Assembly: GCA_029838215.1 (NCBI GenBank) | Contig: JALGVI010000003.1 | Span: forward strand, 53,350-85,349 | DNA: 32,000 bases | Direction of reading: 5' to 3' | Source: Candidatus Helarchaeota archaeon | GTDB taxonomy: Archaea > Asgardarchaeota > Lokiarchaeia > Helarchaeales > RDOG01 | Part shown: positions 21,820 through 29,539 of the stretch, in pieces | How positions within the stretch are numbered: position 1 is the stretch's first letter | Layout: every line of letters begins with the position of its first letter | Made by a program: the position numbers and the translations under genes | Notes under the pieces: model-generated | What the model saw: only the letters and a program-made list of their open reading frames with translations | The model's database searches: none | What the model was told of the DNA's origin: nothing

Positions 21820-22185
21820 CTAAAAAATTGCAATGTCTACTTCATCATTTAGTTTAAATTCATTAAGATTTGTTGGCAAGATTATCTTTAGTGGAATACC
21901 ACCGATTAGAATGATTAACGTGCTCTGATCTTCTTGTTTTTCAACTGATTCTACTGTTCCATGACCAAAAAACTTTGCATTCTCATCGCTCAGTTTTTCA
22001 CTTTTTCTCGCAATTTTGAAATGAACGTCTTTAGTCGTATCAAAGGCAATTAATCGTTCCGGAGTATTTAATTTAATTTCAATTTTTTTCTCTTTTAATG
22101 AAAAATATAAAATTTTCATCTCTGCGGCTTTCGGTGTTTCGATTTTATCGACTTTTACTTTAATATCTAACAAAATTTCCACCAA
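21820..22185 (-). CDS. rpo8: Small OB-fold-like protein resembling RNA polymerase subunit Rpb8/Rpo8 (RpoG)
   Basis: The C-terminal half [50 protein letters not shown] aligns by eye with yeast Rpb8 [50 protein letters not shown]. Shared features are G-T, a hydrophobic run followed by GG, NLN, and a terminal hydrophobic strand. The start is TTG 22185 or GTG 22182. It lies 10 nt upstream of the thermosome gene. This rests on a recalled alignment, not a profile search. Confidence 0.5.
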   Translation of the reverse strand: MVEILLDIKVKVDKIETPKAAEMKILYFSLKEKKIEIKLNTPERLIAFDTTKDVHFKIARKSEKLSDENAKFFGHGTVESVEKQEDQSTLIILIGGIPLKIILPTNLNEFKLNDEVDIAIF

Positions 22186-22200
22186 AAATTGGTTAAAATA

Positions 22201-22677
22201 TTATTTTCTTTTTCGAAATTTTTCCATTTCTTCAATTTCGGCCTCTGCTCCAGGACCAAATTGCATTTTTTCAACGAATTTATTATAGACATTGCGCACG
22301 CTTTCAGCAAGAGGGCCCGAACCTTCTACTCCAAATTCCGTTACTTTAATTTTATTTAATACCATGATAGATCTTGCGTCTGGGAAATATTGCACTTGTC
22401 CTTTTGGAAATAATTTGGATATCTCCTCGGTCAAGGCCTGCAAGTCAAACCCTTTTGCTGTTTCTATAATTTCTAGAATATGTTGTCCATAAATAAAGAT
22501 TCTTTCAAATTCATTTCCTTCATCATCTTCGGCAGGCCCTAAACAAATGCTCATTTTTTGACGTTCCATTCCTAAGAGGGTACCGCTATATACTTTATTT
22601 GCAGTAATAACTTTAACTTCTGCATCAATTAATCCGGAAATTTCTCTAAAAAAACGCTGTTCTGAAGTTTGACTCAT
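22201..22677 (-). CDS. Sm-like (LSm) fold protein with an LSm12-type AD-like C-terminal domain
   Basis: The N-terminal Sm pattern is LIDAEVKVITANKVYSGTLLGMERQKMSICL...FERIFIYGQHILEIIE. The C-terminal LTEEISKLFPKGQVQYFPDARSIMVLNKIKVTEFGVEGSGPLAESVRNVYNKF resembles the human LSm12 AD region ([43 protein letters not shown]). A GGAGGT SD lies 6 nt upstream of ATG 22677; the ORF track's TTG 22695 start contains that SD. Confidence 0.6.
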   Translation of the reverse strand: MSQTSEQRFFREISGLIDAEVKVITANKVYSGTLLGMERQKMSICLGPAEDDEGNEFERIFIYGQHILEIIETAKGFDLQALTEEISKLFPKGQVQYFPDARSIMVLNKIKVTEFGVEGSGPLAESVRNVYNKFVEKMQFGPGAEAEIEEMEKFRKRK

Positions 22678-22724
22678 TTTCTTACCTCCAAACAATCATC
22701 AGGACGTATTTTTCCTGCTTTTTC

Positions 22725-24344
22725 TCAATTCTTAAATATTCTTTCAATTTTAATTTTTAAATGTTCGTGATTATCAAGAACAGTTCCGCTGGATTCGTAG
22801 TTCTTAACAACCTGTTGGAATAACTGCAATTTTATGTTATATTTGATAATATCTGGATCTTGAAAATCTTTTGGATCGTACAAGATTATATGGGAAAATT
22901 GATTTCGATAAGAATTCATGAAATTCTCAATGACCTGCAGGCTTCTAGAAGGTATTTGATTGCATAAATCCAGAGGATATTCATTTTGGATTAATGGGTA
23001 TGTACCTTGTAAATCCTCTAAAATGATCCCAAAAAGAGGTGAAACATGAGCGACTTGCACCAAATGTCTTTCTTTTTCTATTATTTCTTCAAGTATTTTA
23101 TTAACATATCTTTTAAATTTTAAATTCAAATCATTTAATGGGTATTCTGGGACTAATAGTAATACTGACCGTGCATTTAGCGATAGATTTTGCATTTTCA
23201 TTTGGTGTCGGCGAATCTCAGGTCGATCTAGAGATCCCGTGTCAGCGTAAAAAAAAGCCGTGCTTTTTGACGCAAGCTCATAGGGCTCAAGCCGTTCGCC
23301 ATACTTTTTCAAAATGTACCTGAATGCTTCTAATAATGCAGGGTGAGCACTCACCCTAGTCTGAACCAATTCCCAGATTCTACCTGTTCGAATTGCCTGT
23401 CTGATACTTTTTAATTCTTGAAAAGTCACGTATAAGTTGTGTTCTGCTATCAAGCATTGGCGCTCTTTTAAAGTCATCTTCAACAGTTCTTTTGGCTTAT
23501 ATTTTAGGCAAATGGGGCAGCTACAAGGGAACTCGTGGATTTTTTCCAGTCGTAAAGTTCCCATGTTTGTCAGGTATCGGTCGTTTTTTGCAAATAATGC
23601 ATACGCAGAAGAGTCAAATATGTCTGCTCCACAGGCAATGGCTAGAGAGAAAAACATGGGATGACCAATTGAGAAAGCATGAAGCGGTCGTGATTGAATC
23701 ATGCTAAGGCGTGCCACGATTATTTGTTCTGCGACCTGCTTGTAATTGTACGACATCAATGATGGTGCTAAAGTACCCAGCGGATGGTAATCAAATTCGA
23801 GTTCTGACATGAGTCTTGCAGATTTTTCTACCAAGTCAAGAAATTGTCCTCCTTGAATCGGTCCTGCCCATAAAATGCCCGAATCTTTTTGTCTCAAGTT
23901 TAATGCTTCGATACCGCGCCCATGTGTCGTCTCCACGCCCTTTTCTGCTTCTTCATGCGAATCGGTATCGGTAAAAATGTCCAGAATTGTCCCAATATCG
24001 GGTTTTAAGAGATCTTGGAATTCAACTATCTCTTGATTGGAAACTTCCAATTCTTCTCGATACATCCAACTTTGATATGCACCGGAATCAGTCATTATGA
24101 TACCATCATAGGAAATAAGGGAATGTACTCCCTTGGTTGCCTGTTCTCTCAGCTCTGGAGTATTGTAAATGATGTATGCATTAGTAATCAACCCATTCAT
24201 CCCAATCTTTTTCATCTCATTCGGAGTAATTAGAGGAATATTTGGGTTATAAACTGGCAATAGATTGGGCGTTTCGATAATGCCGTGTGCTGTTTTTAAC
24301 TTCCCTATTCGTGCAAGTCCATCTTTTTCGATAATCTCGAACAT
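22725..24344 (-). CDS. tgtA: Archaeosine tRNA-guanine(15) transglycosylase (ArcTGT), no recognisable C-terminal PUA domain
   Basis: The N-terminus FEIIEKDGLARIGKLKTAHGIIETPNLLPVYNP is typical. MTDSGAYQ is the catalytic Asp block. The Zn site is CSCPICLKY...AEHNLY. GGAG lies 7 nt upstream of ATG 24344; the alternative start is TTG 24356. Confidence 0.9.
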   Translation of the reverse strand: MFEIIEKDGLARIGKLKTAHGIIETPNLLPVYNPNIPLITPNEMKKIGMNGLITNAYIIYNTPELREQATKGVHSLISYDGIIMTDSGAYQSWMYREELEVSNQEIVEFQDLLKPDIGTILDIFTDTDSHEEAEKGVETTHGRGIEALNLRQKDSGILWAGPIQGGQFLDLVEKSARLMSELEFDYHPLGTLAPSLMSYNYKQVAEQIIVARLSMIQSRPLHAFSIGHPMFFSLAIACGADIFDSSAYALFAKNDRYLTNMGTLRLEKIHEFPCSCPICLKYKPKELLKMTLKERQCLIAEHNLYVTFQELKSIRQAIRTGRIWELVQTRVSAHPALLEAFRYILKKYGERLEPYELASKSTAFFYADTGSLDRPEIRRHQMKMQNLSLNARSVLLLVPEYPLNDLNLKFKRYVNKILEEIIEKERHLVQVAHVSPLFGIILEDLQGTYPLIQNEYPLDLCNQIPSRSLQVIENFMNSYRNQFSHIILYDPKDFQDPDIIKYNIKLQLFQQVVKNYESSGTVLDNHEHLKIKIERIFKN

Positions 24345-24359
24345 GTTAAACTCCAAGTC

Positions 24360-25550
24360 TCATTCTATGAATTCAAGGCGAGATAGATCATCGGGCAGTG
24401 CTCGACCGACTTTTCCACAGTGAAATATCTTTCCATCTTTTTCATATGCCACTATGTCTGCAGTAAAATCAAAGACACCCTTGAATAACGCACTACCAAT
24501 TCCAATTGAATCGAAAGGCACGTCTGCCTCTATGAATCTTTCTATTTTTTTTGCAGTGAAACCGCCTGAAACCACGATCTTGACCTTATCTCTCGTGAAT
24601 CCCTGTTCATCTAACACCTCCCGAACATTATTGACGAGCACGGGATTCACCCCTGTTAGCTTTTCGTGGCTCCATTGCTTCTTATTGATGATGGAATAAT
24701 CTACTAAAGTTCCCGAAGTATCTAATCTAACTCCCCACAAAGATAATCCTTCTTTTTCGAATGCAAGGGCAACCTTAAGAGCCGTTTCGGCACAATTATT
24801 TTCAAAATCGACCAGGGATATGCAATTCACTTCGGGATGGGTTCTTGCGAACCATAATGTTGCCTCGACTGTTGCATCATCCCAGCACCCTTCTATTTCT
24901 CCCGGTTTAAAAAAAGCAATGAGTGCATGAGGAATTGTTCCAAGTGGTTTTCCACCCCACCACTCCTGCTGAGCGGGTGTACTTCCTCCTAATGCTCCCA
25001 CGAGATTTCCCGCAAGACCGTCAAGATATTGCGTGCTGTAGAGGTCAAACCTTGCAGGGAAAAACAATACAGGGATGTTTTTTTTGGAGGCTGCTTCAAT
25101 GACGGTCCTAGTATTCGTGGCAACCTTGGTACCTCTAGCAATAATCCCTAAATAAACTGTCTCGAGCTCGATAAAATTCGAAAGGCTCCCTTTTATCGTC
25201 AGGACCGTTTCGCCAGGCGAAATAATGTCTCCATCATAAAGTGCTTTTATTTCAACAGGTCCTCTTGCACATGCTTGAATTATCCTGATTGCATAATCAA
25301 TTCCACATAACACTGCTTCTCCGCTTTCGTGTCGAGAAAATACGTTCATTATCAAGGTAGGATCGTAATCGGGGGTTTTCTTTTGAAATTTTTCGATGAC
25401 CTGGCGAGATCTTGTGAAATAGACATCTGTAAAGAAACCATTTCTCAATAATGCCAGTTCTTCCTTACGAATATTAAATACACGAGCAGGCAATCTACCA
25501 CTTGGACTTCGATTCTTGTTTAACGTCTTGCTTGCCAAAATTACCACCAA
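24360..25550 (-). CDS. Nicotinate phosphoribosyltransferase family protein (archaeal type II PRTase, COG1488-like)
   Basis: FFTDVYFTRS is the N-terminal block, and the TIM-barrel region includes GTIPHALI and RLDTSG. No ATG is available in frame. Candidate starts are TTG/GTG 25550/25547, or TTG 25493, which would give MPARVFNI... Confidence 0.8.
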   Translation of the reverse strand: MVVILASKTLNKNRSPSGRLPARVFNIRKEELALLRNGFFTDVYFTRSRQVIEKFQKKTPDYDPTLIMNVFSRHESGEAVLCGIDYAIRIIQACARGPVEIKALYDGDIISPGETVLTIKGSLSNFIELETVYLGIIARGTKVATNTRTVIEAASKKNIPVLFFPARFDLYSTQYLDGLAGNLVGALGGSTPAQQEWWGGKPLGTIPHALIAFFKPGEIEGCWDDATVEATLWFARTHPEVNCISLVDFENNCAETALKVALAFEKEGLSLWGVRLDTSGTLVDYSIINKKQWSHEKLTGVNPVLVNNVREVLDEQGFTRDKVKIVVSGGFTAKKIERFIEADVPFDSIGIGSALFKGVFDFTADIVAYEKDGKIFHCGKVGRALPDDLSRLEFIE

Positions 25551-25685
25551 GAATTCTCATGTAATGCAAGAAAAAATTGGATTTCATCCATTTAAAATAT
25601 AAGAACTCGTTTTTTTTTATAAATATGAGTAGTCAAGACTAACGATTTCACGTTAATCGATCATCTTTTTGGATAAAATCAATTC

Positions 25686-25694
25686 ATTATAAAT
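25686..25694 (+). promoter_or_regulatory. TATA-like box upstream of the DUF2284 gene
   Basis: ATTATAAAT lies 25-33 nt upstream of ATG 25719, a spacing consistent with a leaderless or very short-leader archaeal transcript. Sequence-only inference. Confidence 0.3.
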
Positions 25695-25718
25695 GAAAAT
25701 TCTAGGATTTTGATAAGC

Positions 25719-26318
25719 ATGAAAAGAATAAGAATGCAAGAACTAATGAAGACGTTAATTGACCTTGCTGTAACTAAAGGAGCACACTCAGACTTAACAA
25801 AACCTATTAAAATGGATCAAATTGTAGTTCCAAACCAGTGGGTGAGATGGAAATGCCAATTCGCTTGTGACATGTACGGGAAAAGGCTCTGTTGCCCCCC
25901 ATACACAACAACGATTGAAGAAACACGTCAGCTTCTACAAGACTATGAGGACGGGCTTCTAATTGGTTTTATCGGTAATTTGGCTCGTGAAAGTTATAAT
26001 AAACATCAAAAGAAAATGCATGAAACTCTTCTTAGACTCGAGCAAGAGGCTTTCAAGGCCAATTACGTGAAGGCATTTGTTCTTTCGACAGGCATTTGCT
26101 TGGTCTGCAAGGATTGTGTTTTAAAAGATTTGCCAGCTGAAACACCACCAAGAGTTGCAAAAGCGTTTTGCCGCCATAAAAACAAGATGCGCCCATCCAT
26201 GGAAGCAGTAGGTATTGATGTCTTTGGTACGGTTCACAATCTTGGCATCGATCTCGATGTAATCTCCGAAAACAATACTGAAAATGTCCGAAATTTTGGT
26301 CTTTTACTAATAGAATGA
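25719..26318 (+). CDS. DUF2284-family predicted metal-binding protein
   Basis: WKCQFACDMYGKRLCCPPY fits the DUF2284 C..C..yG....CPP motif, and a second Cys cluster CLVCKDC is present. ATG 25719 is preferred over TTG 25710. Confidence 0.6.
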   Translation: MKRIRMQELMKTLIDLAVTKGAHSDLTKPIKMDQIVVPNQWVRWKCQFACDMYGKRLCCPPYTTTIEETRQLLQDYEDGLLIGFIGNLARESYNKHQKKMHETLLRLEQEAFKANYVKAFVLSTGICLVCKDCVLKDLPAETPPRVAKAFCRHKNKMRPSMEAVGIDVFGTVHNLGIDLDVISENNTENVRNFGLLLIE

Positions 26319-26354
26319 TCCGTTGATGATGCAGTAACAAAAAAACGGGTGACT

Positions 26355-26371
26355 AAACGTGATCCACGTTT
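26355..26371 (+). terminator. Perfect 7-bp hairpin downstream of the DUF2284 gene
   Basis: AAACGTG-atc-CACGTTT is followed by a T-rich CTATTT, 37 nt after the stop codon. Function not validated. Confidence 0.25.
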
Positions 26372-26442
26372 CTATTTAGATGCCTAATCGAACACATGAT
26401 TTAAACATCTTGATTTCCATCATTAAAAGCAGGTGAACATTT

Positions 26443-27003
26443 TTGGAACAACTTGAAAAACTCGGAGAATGGCCATCTGTAAAATTGATTAAAGCATTGG
26501 TCTTGCTTTCACTCGCCCTTATTTTTATCATTTATCCAATAATGGGTCTATTTTTCACATTATCAGGATTTAGCACTAGCAATATCATTTCAAGTCAATT
26601 GTCTTTCAGTGGTTCCATATTAAAGGCAATGTACATCCCTGTTGTCTTGAGCGGTGGTCTTTTTTTCTATCAACTCTCTCAAACTATCGATTACATCTTC
26701 ATGTTTTCTTATGGCTTGCTCATCTTTAATTTGGCATTAGTAATTTCGCGTGCTTTTGAAGAATCTTCTTTCTGGAGAAAATCCGGATATGTCATTGCTC
26801 TATTCGGAATTATTGCTCCAAGTCTTGATGCAATCGAAAATGCCTTTATCCTTTTGACATTAACGAACCCTCTTGGTTTTCCCGATTGGTGGGCTGTTGC
26901 ACATTCATGCTTTGCACTACCTAAATGGCTATTTATAATGGTTGCATTACTGTGGGCGATCATAGCGGCAATTATTCTACTGGTCAAAAAGATTCGCTCT
27001 TAA
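26443..27003 (+). CDS. Hypothetical integral membrane protein (about 5 hydrophobic helices)
   Basis: Several hydrophobic segments are present (ALVLLSLALIFIIYPIMGLFF, VVLSGGLFFY, FMFSYGLLIFNLALVI, VIALFGIIAP, LFIMVALLWAIIAAIILLV). An AGGTGA SD lies 6 nt upstream of the TTG start at 26443. I recognise no family. Confidence 0.5.
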   Translation: MEQLEKLGEWPSVKLIKALVLLSLALIFIIYPIMGLFFTLSGFSTSNIISSQLSFSGSILKAMYIPVVLSGGLFFYQLSQTIDYIFMFSYGLLIFNLALVISRAFEESSFWRKSGYVIALFGIIAPSLDAIENAFILLTLTNPLGFPDWWAVAHSCFALPKWLFIMVALLWAIIAAIILLVKKIRS

Positions 27004-27123
27004 AATCTTCTTTCTTTTTGCTCAAAACTCATCCGCATGAATTTTTGACGTGTTTAAAAAAACTACAATAGATAAGAAAAGAGAAAAAATAGGTTAGTAT
27101 TCTAACTTGTAGAGGACTTTAAC

Positions 27124-28854
27124 TCATTGCTGTAGAATTTCTGTCGCCATTTTCTGTATTTCATTATTATCGTGCTTGGTGAGCTCTGTAAGTTGAGGCT
27201 TTAACGTTTTTACTATATCGGGCTTGTTTTTCGCTAAGGATTTAATGGTTTTTAATGAAGATTTCACGACTTTATTCTTTTTATCTATTAACCCATTCTT
27301 GAAATGGATGGAAAATTGCTCGAGGTTCTTGTTTTTAATGATTTTGCCTAGAAACTTCTGTGTTTCGGCACGTACTCCTGTCTTTTCGTGGCTGAGCATC
27401 TGCTGTAATGCTGTTTCAAATTCTTCATCCTTGAATAATTCCACCGGTAAATCGTCAATACCTGAGTTTAACAAGGAGATGATGTCCTTGGTTTCAAGCG
27501 ACAACGGAGTGAAAGCATCGACACCATTTAATTGCGCCAATAACAGGTTGAATATGAGTTCGTTCTCGTTAAAATTGACTGTCGACAAGGGCTCTATTTC
27601 CAGTGCTTGGAGGAAAACATCATAAAACCTATTTAAATTCCCGCATTCATCAATTGTTCGAATATCGTTGTATTTTTCTTTTAAATCATCAAGAAGTTCA
27701 CATGCACAGGGACCTAATAATAAGATTGGCTCAACCAGATTTTCTAATTGTTCTTCTTCAAATCCTTTTCCGAAAATGGCTGTCAAGCCATTTCGTTTTG
27801 CCAGGTCGCCAGAATCCTGCCAAATCAATTCTAAAGAAACCAGGGATAGACCCACGCAACCGCATCGACAATGAGCCAGGACGTTTTTTCCATATTTATT
27901 GATGCCAATTAACTCAACATAATTCGGAGGCAAGCACTTTTCTGGAAGAGAACGAGATCTAAAGTCATAAGGAACGGATTGAATCAATCCATCAACATCT
28001 CCTTCGTAAATGATTTCAATTTGTGCTTCATCACCGATGCCCAATCCACGTTCGTGGGCTATTCGAGTTGTTCCGACTTCTAAACTCTCATATCCCATTA
28101 GTTTTGCACTGATGGCATCAACGGCGACAGTGTCCGAACCCCCAAATACAATGTTATAATCATAAATGTATGGATCGTCCGGATCTCGCAAGTATTTCTC
28201 ACTTGCACAGGGACCGCGTGCCATGGCATGTTTAGCATCCACGATGCAGAAATCAGGTCGAACCTTCTCGAATATATCGACCAATCGTTCTTCGTGATAC
28301 CAATCATGCCTGATGGCCTTGGAAGAGTCAAACAAATATCCTAACGAAAGTTTTATTCCAATCGTTATCTTCGTTGCCCAATGCGCTTTAAATTTTGGAA
28401 CGTGAATCAAAATATTCTTTTTTCTCTTATCTTTATTGATTATTTCATCAACCACGATTTCTGCAAAATCCACTTCATATTGCTCTTTACCGATTTTTAC
28501 TTTTTTGAACGGCTGTTCATCCATGAAAACGCAATTACAACCACGTTCTTTAATGACTTTAGTAAGTCCTGTAAAATACATCGTGATCCTCGTGATCAAG
28601 CCAGAAGTGCAATTTTCGATGACATGGATTCTATCAGGTTCGAGACCTGCTTCGATGTATAAATCAAGTAATGCTGCTAAGAATTCCGGTTCCGTATAGC
28701 AATATGGCGTGAGGTGAACTGCATTGATTTTTATGAAAAGTTTTCCATCATTATCTGTCGGAAAAAAGTTTTTAATCCCACCAAATGCTTCGAATACACC
28801 AGAAATTGCTTCCTTGTAGTTTTTATCCAACTTCTTGATGGCGACCTTACTCAT
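27124..28854 (-). CDS. DUF362-domain protein fused to a Cys-rich middle region and a HEAT/armadillo-like C-terminus
   Basis: The N-terminal ~300 aa fits the DUF362 pattern (MSKVAIKKL..., FIKINAV, KAHWATKITIGIKLSLGYL, CIVDAKHAMARGP, FGGSDTVAVDAISAKLMGY). The middle carries HCRCGCVG, GPCAC and DECG. The C-terminal ~120 aa is repetitive and helical (KVVKSSLKTIKSLAKNKPDIVKTL...ELTKHDNNEIQKMATEIL). A GAGGA SD supports ATG 28854 over ATG 28881. Confidence 0.7.
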   Translation of the reverse strand: MSKVAIKKLDKNYKEAISGVFEAFGGIKNFFPTDNDGKLFIKINAVHLTPYCYTEPEFLAALLDLYIEAGLEPDRIHVIENCTSGLITRITMYFTGLTKVIKERGCNCVFMDEQPFKKVKIGKEQYEVDFAEIVVDEIINKDKRKKNILIHVPKFKAHWATKITIGIKLSLGYLFDSSKAIRHDWYHEERLVDIFEKVRPDFCIVDAKHAMARGPCASEKYLRDPDDPYIYDYNIVFGGSDTVAVDAISAKLMGYESLEVGTTRIAHERGLGIGDEAQIEIIYEGDVDGLIQSVPYDFRSRSLPEKCLPPNYVELIGINKYGKNVLAHCRCGCVGLSLVSLELIWQDSGDLAKRNGLTAIFGKGFEEEQLENLVEPILLLGPCACELLDDLKEKYNDIRTIDECGNLNRFYDVFLQALEIEPLSTVNFNENELIFNLLLAQLNGVDAFTPLSLETKDIISLLNSGIDDLPVELFKDEEFETALQQMLSHEKTGVRAETQKFLGKIIKNKNLEQFSIHFKNGLIDKKNKVVKSSLKTIKSLAKNKPDIVKTLKPQLTELTKHDNNEIQKMATEILQQ

Positions 28855-28992
28855 TATAATTTCCTCGACCCAAATATCCATTAAATTTATTCCTGAGTGA
28901 TAATCGTTCGAATGAAGGCATTTGAAAACGAAATCTAATCTATCAGGATTACCATATTAGTATTGGAAACATCGTATTTATTGATGATTGCA

Positions 28993-29532
28993 ATGTCGAA
29001 ACGGCGACAGGAAACAAGAATTAGCAAGTTCATGAGCTATCTGCTTCGTCACGATCCGCAGCATCTGAAGATGGATCAGGAAGGATTCGTGGACACGGAT
29101 GAGTTCCTGAAGTTATTACAAGCGCGTTTTAACTGGTTCACGAAATCGGATTTAATTTCATTAGTTAATGAAAACGAGCGATATGAAATCTCGGATAATC
29201 GAATTAGGGCCGTTTATGGTCATTCAATTGATGTTTCTCCTAAACTCGAGACAGTACAAGTTAATATCTTGTTTCACGGAACATCTCAAGAGTCCGCGGA
29301 AAGAATTCTCAGGGATGGACTGAAGTCAATGAACCGAAATAAAGTCCATCTTTCGAGAACCGTCAGCCGTGCGAAAGTCGTTGGACGACGGAAGGCGCGC
29401 CATCCCGTCATTCTAATAATTGATGCCAAATCAGCTTCTGATGATGGTATTGTATTTGAAAAAGCAACGGATGACGTTCTAGTTTGTAACGAAATTCCTC
29501 CAAAATACATCCGAGTTTTGGACGATGAATGA
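28993..29532 (+). CDS. kptA: RNA 2'-phosphotransferase Tpt1/KptA
   Basis: SKFMSYLLRHDP, GFVDTDEFL, RAVYGHSI, LFHGT and NKVHLS are the Tpt1/KptA R-H-R-R catalytic-tetrad blocks. The start is uncertain among TTG 28963, ATG 28984 and ATG 28993. Confidence 0.9.
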   Translation: MSKRRQETRISKFMSYLLRHDPQHLKMDQEGFVDTDEFLKLLQARFNWFTKSDLISLVNENERYEISDNRIRAVYGHSIDVSPKLETVQVNILFHGTSQESAERILRDGLKSMNRNKVHLSRTVSRAKVVGRRKARHPVILIIDAKSASDDGIVFEKATDDVLVCNEIPPKYIRVLDDE

Positions 29533-29539
29533 TGAACGG

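Noticed and set aside
20477-21852. Plus-strand ORFs antisense to the thermosome gene (including 20542-21129 at 195 aa, and 21502-21852 at 116 aa)
   Set aside because: These are shadow frames of a highly conserved chaperonin gene. Their composition is Ser/Phe/Ile-rich and nonsensical, and no start context supports them.
26319-26442. Possible C/D-box sRNA: TTGATGATG near 26323, with GTGA/TGATCC elements downstream
   Set aside because: There are no CTGA D or D' boxes at appropriate spacing and no terminal stem. Only the partial C-box-like match is present.
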